Source: Phototrophicaceae bacterium (GTDB lineage: Bacteria; Chloroflexota; Anaerolineae; Aggregatilineales; Phototrophicaceae). From it: a DNA stretch of 64,000 nt. Below are positions 37,503 to 45,150 of the stretch, in pieces. Numbering within the stretch: the stretch's first letter is position 1; the number at the start of each line of letters is the position of its first letter. Both the position numbers and the translations under genes were made by a program. Location of the stretch: assembly GCA_965223835.1 (NCBI GenBank), contig CBDCXQ010000001.1:606845-670844 (forward strand), read 5' to 3'. The notes below the pieces were generated by a model, which saw only the letters and a program-made list of their open reading frames with translations, made no database searches and was not told the DNA's origin.

Positions 37503-37865
37503 TCAGTGCTTAGAAGTGGTTAAGCTTTTTATCAGACCGGCGAGCATACGAATTACCTCTCCTATGCTGTCATCAAGCTGTTGATATTGATCTGGTGTCA
37601 GAAAGTTCAAATCATGTGCGAGCAAAATATGATATTCAACCTCATAGGCCGATCCCATCGCAATACGTAGAAAGCGTGCCAGTTCCGCATCACTGCCGCG
37701 CCCAGAGCCTTCAGCAATGTTTGCTGGAATAGAAGCCACTGCTCGTTTCAGTTGACTGGATAAACCAAACTGTTCATCTTTAGGGAAGTTCGCTGTCGCC
37801 CGATAAACTTCGAGTGTCAATTGATGCGCCTTGTGCCAGACACTTAGCTTTTTGTAGTCGCCCAT
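37503..37865 (-). CDS. Four-helix-bundle protein (23S rRNA intervening-sequence protein / Avd-like family)
   Basis: YKKLSVWHKAHQLTLEVYRATANFPKDEQFGLSSQLKRAVASIPANIAEGSGRGS..ELARFLRIAMGSAYEVEYHILLA is the hallmark pattern of this family. GGTGGAG lies upstream of the ATG. Confidence 0.85.
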   Translation of the reverse strand: MGDYKKLSVWHKAHQLTLEVYRATANFPKDEQFGLSSQLKRAVASIPANIAEGSGRGSDAELARFLRIAMGSAYEVEYHILLAHDLNFLTPDQYQQLDDSIGEVIRMLAGLIKSLTTSKH

Positions 37866-37899
37866 TTTTGTACTCCACCTGGGACACTATCTTTGCTTT

Positions 37900-37925
37900 T
37901 CACTAAAGACTTGTGACCAAAGACT
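37900..37925 (-). repeat. Upstream arm of the 26-nt inverted repeat flanking the four-helix-bundle gene
   Basis: Minus-strand RNA AGUCUUUGGUCACAAGUCUUUAGUGA, itself two related 12-mers. It starts 14 nt after the T-box terminator U-tract. Confidence 0.65.
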
Positions 37926-37939
37926 ATTGACTACCCAAC

Positions 37940-37979
37940 AAAAAACGCCCTCATCCCCAAAACATCAGGGACGAGAGCG
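37940..37979 (-). terminator. Intrinsic terminator of the T-box leader
   Basis: Minus-strand RNA CGCUCUCGUCCCU-GAUGUUUU-GGGGAUGAGGGCG-UUUUUU. The stem is 13 bp including 3 G-U pairs, followed by U6. Confidence 0.75.
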
Positions 37980-38215
37980 CTTGTGAGCGATTCTCCCGCG
38001 GTACCACCCTGGTTGGCCGCTGTGCGACCCACCTCATTGTGTCCGTTAACGCTGGAACCAGCGGAGCAGGCTACTGCCGGACTATCTGGTCACGGGTTCA
38101 CCTGTCAGCTCAGGAGTGAATTTTGCAGCGATTGACCTGCCGGGGCTTGCAGTCTTTGGCCCCTGGCTCCCTGGAGGCAATACCTGCCACAAACTGTCTC
38201 CATCATTGCCTTTCA
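37940..38215 (-). promoter_or_regulatory. T-box riboswitch leader, probable Phe (UUC) specifier
   Basis: Minus-strand AACCAGGGTGGTACCGCG (37997-38014) contains the invariant T-box core GGGUGGUACCGCG just 5' of the terminator. The candidate specifier loop is AAAUUCAC, with UUC at 38118-38120 followed by a purine and closed by CAGGGAG/CUCCUG. pheS lies downstream. Confidence 0.8.
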
Positions 38216-38221
38216 GTGGTT

Positions 38222-38251
38222 ATTATGCCGATGGTGGCGGCGGCTTGTCAA
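38222..38251 (-). promoter_or_regulatory. Candidate promoter of the T-box/pheS transcription unit
   Basis: On the minus strand: TTGACA (38251-38246), 18-nt spacer, CATAAT (38227-38222). Confidence 0.55.
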
Positions 38252-38348
38252 GCGCGGTTTTGAGTAATTCGCGTAACGATACGAGTCACTGCGAACCATG
38301 TTGACCTGTAAGTAGCTATTAAAGCGAAATTTAGCCTCAAACAATCTC

Positions 38349-38377
38349 TTGACACAGGTTGTGAACTATGATAACGT
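38349..38377 (+). promoter_or_regulatory. Candidate promoter of the HTH gene
   Basis: TTGACA (38349-38354), 17-nt spacer ending in TG (extended -10), then TAACGT (38372-38377). Confidence 0.4.
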
Positions 38378-38406
38378 GGAACGGATTGTGAAAGGTGGTG
38401 TATTCC

Positions 38407-38616
38407 ATGTCTGAAAAATCCGTAATCGAGTCTGGTGTCGTGTATTCACGACAAGAAGCAGCCGAAGCGCTGGGCATCAGCCTCAGTACGCTGAAACGAC
38501 TCATTAAAAACGGACACCTCAAGGTGAGTAAGCCAAATGGTATGCGCCGCGTGTTCATTACTGGTGAGAGCATTTTAGCAATGCTGAGTGATACCGCAGT
38601 GGAGAAAGGTGCATAG
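38407..38616 (+). CDS. Excisionase/MerR-like helix-turn-helix (HTH_17-type) DNA-binding protein
   Basis: YSRQEAAEALGISLSTLKRLIKNGHLKVSKPNGMRRVFI is the typical HTH_17 pattern. AAGGTGG lies 8 nt before ATG 38407. Confidence 0.65.
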   Translation: MSEKSVIESGVVYSRQEAAEALGISLSTLKRLIKNGHLKVSKPNGMRRVFITGESILAMLSDTAVEKGA

Positions 38617-38849
38617 CGATGCTGGCACAACGGCTCTTGGGTAAACAACACAACAGAATACCCCTTTTGCCGCATATGCCTAATCGGATTCCGCCTGTTT
38701 GCGGTAGGCTATCGGGCCTGGATAAAGAGCGGACGAGCGCCGCCTTTGGTCAAGGTAATGATGCGACACGCGCAAGTTTTTGGTCTCACAAGTGGAGGGA
38801 AGTGCCTGACGGCACCTGACAAAACCTCCATAATCTAGTCCCTGCAAAG

Positions 38850-38894
38850 AAGGGCGTGAGACTGAAATTAGAACTCACGCCCTTTTTGTTTTTT
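38850..38894 (+). terminator. Rho-independent terminator
   Basis: AAGGGCGTGAG, 13-nt loop, CTCACGCCCTT, then TTTGTTTTTT. The stem is 11 bp and perfect. Confidence 0.7.
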
Positions 38895-38927
38895 GTCTGG
38901 AACATGAAGAACTGCACGAGGTGAAAA

Positions 38928-39176
38928 ATGGCTCAGATTCACCAGCCGAACTTCCAGATTGTCCACAATGACATGCGCCTGGCCGGGCTGTTTCATTCTC
39001 TGGACGAACTGCACACTGCTGCCAGCGAGGGACACCTGCAAAAGGTTACACCTCTGACCGATGCTGAACTGGTCGGTTGGTTGCAGGAATTGATCTATAC
39101 AGCCGAGGAAACTATCGCTGAGATCAAGCATGATGAACCACAAATCAATCTGCCGCAATTGCGGATTGTAAAATAG
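38928..39176 (+). CDS. Hypothetical small protein (82 aa)
   Basis: GAGGTG lies 6 nt upstream of the ATG. The ORF sits exactly between two 11-bp-stem hairpins. No family recognised. Confidence 0.4.
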   Translation: MAQIHQPNFQIVHNDMRLAGLFHSLDELHTAASEGHLQKVTPLTDAELVGWLQELIYTAEETIAEIKHDEPQINLPQLRIVK

Positions 39177-39178
39177 AC

Positions 39179-39213
39179 TTGCGACCAGGGATCTAAACAT
39201 GTCCTGGTCGCAA
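39179..39213 (+). other. 11-bp perfect hairpin after the small ORF (no U-tract)
   Basis: TTGCGACCAGG, 13-nt loop, CCTGGTCGCAA. Confidence 0.4.
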
Positions 39214-39420
39214 TATTGGAATATTGTCTGCGTACATGCATATAAATTATGTTATTGGTGGGGAAGTTCGTGCGCGAACAGGGGTGTTGGCTCAACTTCC
39301 CCGCTGAACTTCACAGTCCTAACCGGAATTTAAAGTGCTATTAGCCAGATTTGCGTTATACTTAATGTGAAGGATGGTGCAAACGCACCATAGATGGAGG
39401 TAACATTTTCAGGAGGCATC

Positions 39421-39960
39421 ATGTCTTACGGACGTGTATTGCTACTTAATGGCAGTACCTGGGAACCCTTATCGGTGATTAGCGTCCCACGGGCAATTAA
39501 TCTGGTGCTGGCCGATAAAGCGATTGTGGTTGAACAAAGCGGCCAGTTCTTGCGGACGATCAACTCACGTTTTCCAGTGCCGTCGGTTATTGCGCTGCGG
39601 ACGTTTATCAATGTGCCGCGCCGCCGTGCCCACTGGAGCCGCAAAGGCGTTCTGGTTCGCGACAACTTCACCTGCATTTATTGTGGAGCCAAGCCGGGCA
39701 CGATTCAAAAAGGCAAGGTGCTGGCGAAAAGTGACCTGACCGTTGATCACATTATCCCGCGCTCACGTAATGGCAAAGACCACTGGACCAACACGGCCTG
39801 TGCCTGTTATAACTGTAACCATCGCAAAGGTAATCGCTTGCCCAATGAGGCAGGGATGAAACTGCGGTGGGAGCCGAAGACACCACGAACCAGTTATCTG
39901 GTGATCGCTATCGGTAGCGGACCCGATCGGTGGAAACAATATATCGAGATTGAACGGTGA
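39421..39960 (+). CDS. HNH endonuclease-family protein (conserved ~180-aa type)
   Basis: The HNH core is FTCIYCGAKP...LTVDHIIPRSRNGKDHWTNTACACYNCNHRKGNRLPNEAGM. CAGGAGG precedes ATG 39421. Confidence 0.85.
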   Translation: MSYGRVLLLNGSTWEPLSVISVPRAINLVLADKAIVVEQSGQFLRTINSRFPVPSVIALRTFINVPRRRAHWSRKGVLVRDNFTCIYCGAKPGTIQKGKVLAKSDLTVDHIIPRSRNGKDHWTNTACACYNCNHRKGNRLPNEAGMKLRWEPKTPRTSYLVIAIGSGPDRWKQYIEIER

Positions 39961-39991
39961 TTGAACCCCAACCCAATCACCGTTTTTGATT

Positions 39992-41440
39992 CTACAATGC
40001 CAGTCGATAGGTAAAGTCCCGACTGGCAGTCAACTGAATTTCAACCCGGTTCTCGCCAGTTGTCAGGATAAAATCAGCACCTTTGGCCTCAATGCTTAGC
40101 GTTAAGCCCGGTAACTGCCAGCGATCCGCCCGGAGCTTACTCGCCTCTAATCCCGCTGCCTGAACATCAAACACCATCGTTAAACCAGCTTTGCCACTCA
40201 ATAGCAAGGCCTCTGGCTCGGCTCGTGCCGCGATCGGTGCCTCACAGCGCAGTCGTAACCAACCGATTTTACTGTCGGGCAGCCGCCAATGGATGGTTGC
40301 CAGATGAAATTGCTCGTTCGCCGACCGCATCACGTTGCCCGCCTGAGCGCCAATCATGACATTTTCACTCAACCAGGCCGTTGCGACTCGGCCAGGTTCT
40401 ATGACCTGCTCTACCTGGCGTTCGCCGACAAAATGTTGAAAATGCGGTTGCGCCTTGGCGGGAAGCTGGGGTGCAAGTAGCGCAATCGGTGGCATGAAAT
40501 GAAAATCGTGGGGATGACCAAAGGGCTGATTGATGTCTGGCAGTGGAGCCAGTTCCGGCAGGACTAACGTCGCGATTGAGAGGCCCACAACGGCGATATA
40601 TTGCTGCATGTCCATACCGTAGCTGCGGTCCCAGGGACCACATAAATTTTTCAGACCGGCATGATAAAAGCGGGCAATGTCGCGCCAGAAAGCAGCTTCC
40701 ATCGCGGCACCAGGCGTGCGGAAAACGTCGTCATTCAGGCCGTACTCGCGCCATAGGGCCAGCGCGAACGCATCGACCCCATAGTACGTCGGTGAATTAT
40801 ATTCCCAGAATGCACCGTGTTCGGTATACAGCGCGTCAATCGCCTTCGCCAGCGCATCTGCCTGCGCCTGCCAGATGGGAACGCTAAATCGTTCACCCGC
40901 CCAATCCAACAGAAAAGCGCTCATCAGCGAGATATTCGTATACTGGGGTGGGACCCGGCGTTGGAATGACCCGGCTGCTGCCTGACGAATGGCTACCAGC
41001 ATCGCCGCTTGCAGGTCGTCGGGTAATAGCGTCGGATATTCAATGAGCATCACGATCAAAATGGTGCCGATGAATTCGCGCCAGTTAGGATCATAATCTT
41101 TCCACTCAACGGCATGGTCGGGTGGTGGATCGGGTTCCATTGGGGAGCGCTTAAACGTCCCATGATAAACGTGCGCTGGCGCATCGTACTGGTAGCTCAA
41201 GACCGCCTGTATCGCTGCTTGTGCGCGGGCGACATCATCATTTTGTTGGCGCATACAGAGGCCTAATGCATACCAGATGGTGTTGCGCACGGTATGGTGC
41301 TGTTGGGTTGGTGATGGACGATCCGGGTCAGGCATCACGCGAAGGAGATGAAGCTGTTCGTCCCAAAATTGATCGGCCCATTCTAACCCCACACGGCTCC
41401 AGTGGCGGGCATTGGGATTCAAGTTATCGAGGGTTTTCAT
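39992..41440 (-). CDS. Hypothetical protein (482 aa), possibly an alpha/alpha-toroid plus beta-sandwich glycan-active enzyme
   Basis: Clean ORF with GGAGAC upstream of the ATG. No signal peptide and no diagnostic motif recognised; the fold guess is weak. Confidence 0.5.
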   Translation of the reverse strand: MKTLDNLNPNARHWSRVGLEWADQFWDEQLHLLRVMPDPDRPSPTQQHHTVRNTIWYALGLCMRQQNDDVARAQAAIQAVLSYQYDAPAHVYHGTFKRSPMEPDPPPDHAVEWKDYDPNWREFIGTILIVMLIEYPTLLPDDLQAAMLVAIRQAAAGSFQRRVPPQYTNISLMSAFLLDWAGERFSVPIWQAQADALAKAIDALYTEHGAFWEYNSPTYYGVDAFALALWREYGLNDDVFRTPGAAMEAAFWRDIARFYHAGLKNLCGPWDRSYGMDMQQYIAVVGLSIATLVLPELAPLPDINQPFGHPHDFHFMPPIALLAPQLPAKAQPHFQHFVGERQVEQVIEPGRVATAWLSENVMIGAQAGNVMRSANEQFHLATIHWRLPDSKIGWLRLRCEAPIAARAEPEALLLSGKAGLTMVFDVQAAGLEASKLRADRWQLPGLTLSIEAKGADFILTTGENRVEIQLTASRDFTYRLAL

Positions 41441-41555
41441 GATTAGTCTCCGCTGTCAATAATGGCCCATATTGTACCTACTAATTTCGTGACGATAACA
41501 ATTTTATCGGTTATAATATAGAACAAAATTTCTAGGTATGAGGTGGGAAACAGAT

Positions 41556-42191
41556 ATGTGGCAGCGCGTGATTGATGGGCAATATCGGCGACCAGCGGGC
41601 TGGTTGGGTCGATGGATTGGACAGCAGATGGCACAGCAACATGTCCCCGAGAATCAATGGACCGTAAAGCTGCTGGCAGCGCAACCGCAGGACCAGATTC
41701 TGGAAATCGGCTTTGGGCCGGGGCTGGCAATTGCGTTACTGGCCGGTCAGGTTTCTGGCGGTCAGATTGCAGGTGTCGATTTTTCGCGGGCGATGGTCGC
41801 GGCGGCCCGCAGGCGAAATCGTAGCGCTATTAAGCAAGGCCGGGTTGACCTGCGGTATGGTCAGGCGGCGCAGTTACCGTTTCCAGATGCAACCTTTGAT
41901 AAGGTGTTCAGCATCCATAGTATCTACTTCTGGTCGGAGCCGAAGCGGAGTCTGCAAGAAATTCAGCGCGTGCTGCGACCCAATGGCAAACTTATTTTGA
42001 CGATTCTCCCCAAAGAGAAATGGCATCCGTCGGGATCACCGCTGCCGGTTGGGACGCCGGAATGTACACCCTATTCGGGTGCCGAGCTGGAAACGCTGTT
42101 GGGTGAGGTGGGCTTTATAAATGTATCTATCAAAGCCGACAGCGATCATCGCTTCCCGTCCAATTATTCAGTTATCGCTACCCGGCAATAA
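41556..42191 (+). CDS. Class I SAM-dependent methyltransferase
   Basis: ILEIGFGPGLAI SAM motif, FDKVFSIHSIYFW and LRPNGKLIL. GAGGTGG lies upstream of ATG 41556. Confidence 0.8.
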   Translation: MWQRVIDGQYRRPAGWLGRWIGQQMAQQHVPENQWTVKLLAAQPQDQILEIGFGPGLAIALLAGQVSGGQIAGVDFSRAMVAAARRRNRSAIKQGRVDLRYGQAAQLPFPDATFDKVFSIHSIYFWSEPKRSLQEIQRVLRPNGKLILTILPKEKWHPSGSPLPVGTPECTPYSGAELETLLGEVGFINVSIKADSDHRFPSNYSVIATRQ

Positions 42192-42245
42192 AACAGGCGC
42201 ACCGACTATGGCACGCCTATCAGTTTCAATATTTGGTATTGATTT

Positions 42246-42851
42246 TTAGCCGGTGGTTGCCGCTTGTTGGCGGGCCTCGATCTGGCGTTTGACGTCTTCG
42301 AACTGACCATAATGACCGACTTCATGGCTGAGGCCAAACAGGAAACAGGCAGCGGCATTCATCTCACCCTGGCGGGCGACGAAGCGCGGGGATAATTCCC
42401 GTTTCAGTTCGAGATCAGGATTGTCGGGCCAGGTATCGAGATAACCGAGGCGGATACGGCGGCTTTCTTCCAGGCGCTGCACGGCTTTGGCTTTGGTATC
42501 GACATCGCGCCAGGGCGTTTCATAGCGCAAACGCGGATCTGCTGGATAGGGCACACCGCGCGCCAGAATTGAACTGTAGCTGGCCCATTCTTCACTGCTG
42601 GCGGTCACATGTGCTACCAGATGGCCGATGCCCCAACCAATCTCTTCCTCGCCGGCGACAGCGTGCGGGTCGTTCGCGTCGGGGTCGCTCGGATCAAAGA
42701 CAATATCATCATCGCTCATATTTTCAATGAGACTCAGCAGGTAATCAACGCTGTCATTGGTGGCCTGGCGCAGGTCAGCCACGCTGAACCGCTGACTATA
42801 TTCCAACATTTTCACTTCATCATTTTTGACCGGCTTGAAATCAATCGCCAT
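42246..42851 (-). CDS. DinB-like (DinB_2) metal-binding helical-bundle protein
   Basis: A His triad pattern is present (GIGHLVAHVTAS ... SHEVGHYGQ). Confidence 0.5.
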   Translation of the reverse strand: MAIDFKPVKNDEVKMLEYSQRFSVADLRQATNDSVDYLLSLIENMSDDDIVFDPSDPDANDPHAVAGEEEIGWGIGHLVAHVTASSEEWASYSSILARGVPYPADPRLRYETPWRDVDTKAKAVQRLEESRRIRLGYLDTWPDNPDLELKRELSPRFVARQGEMNAAACFLFGLSHEVGHYGQFEDVKRQIEARQQAATTG

Positions 42852-43061
42852 TACGACTCTCCTGGATTTATGTCAAGGATTACAAGTTTGCCCATCAAGT
42901 TGGGCAAGATAGAGCATAACCATGAACAGCCCTGATTGGGTAGGGCCATCCGCTAATTAGTTAGAAGGAAATCATGTCAGATTTCTTACGCCTGTCATTT
43001 TGCGCGTTTTCCCGGATGGATGTTAAACTCAGCGGCAGTCGCTAACAGGCAAAAAGGATGG

Positions 43062-45089
43062 ATGTTGATGCTCACCCCCGTTGAACAAATGTTATTTGGC
43101 TTGCTGGCCTTGCTGGCGTTGGGCGCGACTTATGCTGGTTTTCGGGATATAGTGCGGATTATCCACCGAGGATCTGGTGAGCTATACCTCGACAATTTTC
43201 TTGGGCGGGCGTGGCGGGCACTGGTTGTCTATATTACCCAGCAAACCACGCTCAAGACGCGCCGTTTGACCAGCCTGTTTCATCTGGCGGTGGTGTGGGG
43301 ATTCACCTTTTATTTTCTGGTCAATCTGGGCGATTTCCTTGAAGGTTTTTTGCCCGATTATATTTTTTTAGAAGAGGCTGGTCTCATCTTTGAATTGTAC
43401 CGTTTGCTAGCCGATGTGTTGAGCGTGGCCGCATTAGTCGGAGTCGGTTATCTGATGATTCGGCGCTGGCTGTTGCCCAGCCGTAACCAACTGACGTTTC
43501 ATGACAACGTGCTGCTGCACCCCAAAGTCAGGGCCGGGGCGGTGCATCGTGATTCGCTCATTGTTGCCTGGTTCATCATCATTCATGTCGGGGCGCGGTT
43601 TCTGGGTAAAGCGGTCCACATCGCTGAACATGGCCCCGATCTGTTACAACCGTTTGCGACGCTGGTATCGCCGCTGTTCGTCGGTCTCAGTGCCGATGGC
43701 TTTACGCTGTATAGCCATCTGTTTTGGTGGATTGCATTGGGCGGTATTCTGATTTTCATGCCCTACTTCCCGCAAAGCAAACATGCACACCTGTTTATGG
43801 CACCGCTAAATTTCCTCAATCGGCCCAAACGCACATCACTGGGCGAACTGGATGCGCTGGATTTCGAAAATGAGGACATTGAGCAATTTGGCGTGGCGCG
43901 GCTGGAAGACCTGTCACAAACGCAGATTTTAGACGCGTACGCCTGCATTCAGTGTAATCGCTGTCAGGATGTGTGCCCGGCCTATGTCACGGGCAAAGAG
44001 CTGTCACCGGCTGCGCTGGAGGTGAATAAACGCTATCTCATTGGCGAGAATGTGTTTCATTTAGCCAATGGTGAAGCGTCGGTGAACCCGCTACTGGGGT
44101 CCGCCATCAGTGAATCCGCCGTTTGGGCCTGCACATCATGTGGCGCATGTATTGATATTTGCCCGGTGGGCAATGAACCGATGCACGATATTCTGGACAT
44201 TCGGCGCGATCAGGTGCTGATGGAGTCCAACTTCCCGGCGGAACTGCAAGGCGCGTTCAATGGTATGGAACGCCAGAGCAATCCCTGGCAGCAAGACCCG
44301 GGTGAGCGCTTCCGCTGGGCGAAGGGTCTGGATTTCCCCGTTCCGACCGTTGACGAAAAACCTGATTTCGAAATTCTCTACTGGGTGGGCTGTGCGGCCA
44401 GTTATGACCCGCGTGCCCAACTCACGGCCCGGGCACTGGTCAAGATACTGCATAGTGCCAACGTGAATTTCGCCGTATTGGGGGAGATGGAACAATGTAC
44501 GGGTGATGTGGCGCGACGGGCCGGTAATGAATTTCTGTATTCCGAGATGGCTGCTGCCAATGTGGAAACGTTGAACGCCGCCAACCCGCCACGCATTGTC
44601 GTTACCTGCCCGCACTGTTTGCATAACCTCGGCAAAGAATATCATCAATTTGGCGGCAACTATGAGGTCATTCATCACACAGAATTAATCGACGAATTAA
44701 TCGCGGCGGGCCGGGTGCCCTTAAGTGCGCATCCCAACCAACAACCGAATGTAACCTTTCATGATCCCTGTTATCTGGGCCGCCATAATGATGTTGTGCA
44801 AGCGCCGCGTACTGTGCTCAATCAACTGGCAGGCGACTTGATCGAGATGCCGCGTTCCGGTCACAATTCATTCTGTTGCGGCGCAGGCGGTGCGCAATTC
44901 TGGAAAGAAGAAGAACCCGGAACACAGGCCGTTAATGTCGAACGTTATGCGGAAGCAACGGCTACAGGGGCCGATGTGGTCGCAGTGGGTTGTCCGTTCT
45001 GTATGCAGATGTTCGAGACGGCGCAGGCGACCCTTGATGGTGGCCCGGAAGTCAAGGATGTGGCGGAATTGATTGCTGATCGCCTGTAG
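43062..45089 (+). CDS. Membrane-bound (Fe-S)-binding oxidoreductase (HdrD/GlpC-like: TM domain, 2x[4Fe-4S], 2 CCG domains)
   Basis: CIQCNRCQDVCP and CTSCGACIDICP ferredoxin motifs. CCG-type motifs WVGCAASYDPR, CPHCLHNL, HDPCYLGRH and FCCGAGG. About 5 N-terminal TM helices. The start is uncertain (43020, 43062 or 43068). Confidence 0.8.
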   Translation: MLMLTPVEQMLFGLLALLALGATYAGFRDIVRIIHRGSGELYLDNFLGRAWRALVVYITQQTTLKTRRLTSLFHLAVVWGFTFYFLVNLGDFLEGFLPDYIFLEEAGLIFELYRLLADVLSVAALVGVGYLMIRRWLLPSRNQLTFHDNVLLHPKVRAGAVHRDSLIVAWFIIIHVGARFLGKAVHIAEHGPDLLQPFATLVSPLFVGLSADGFTLYSHLFWWIALGGILIFMPYFPQSKHAHLFMAPLNFLNRPKRTSLGELDALDFENEDIEQFGVARLEDLSQTQILDAYACIQCNRCQDVCPAYVTGKELSPAALEVNKRYLIGENVFHLANGEASVNPLLGSAISESAVWACTSCGACIDICPVGNEPMHDILDIRRDQVLMESNFPAELQGAFNGMERQSNPWQQDPGERFRWAKGLDFPVPTVDEKPDFEILYWVGCAASYDPRAQLTARALVKILHSANVNFAVLGEMEQCTGDVARRAGNEFLYSEMAAANVETLNAANPPRIVVTCPHCLHNLGKEYHQFGGNYEVIHHTELIDELIAAGRVPLSAHPNQQPNVTFHDPCYLGRHNDVVQAPRTVLNQLAGDLIEMPRSGHNSFCCGAGGAQFWKEEEPGTQAVNVERYAEATATGADVVAVGCPFCMQMFETAQATLDGGPEVKDVAELIADRL

Positions 45090-45150
45090 AGTATGGATAC
45101 TTTTGCACTGGTCGATGCAGCGCCGTGTCAAGATTGGTGATTATTGCGGT

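Noticed and set aside
38116-38304. 62-aa plus-strand ORF
   Set aside because: It overlaps the minus-strand T-box leader and its promoter. There is no RBS and the composition is implausible.
38619-38819. 66-aa ORF directly after the HTH gene
   Set aside because: It has no RBS and gives a basic, Pro/Arg/Gly-rich translation with no motif. The region looks more like structured untranslated RNA. It is kept only as part of the islet finding.
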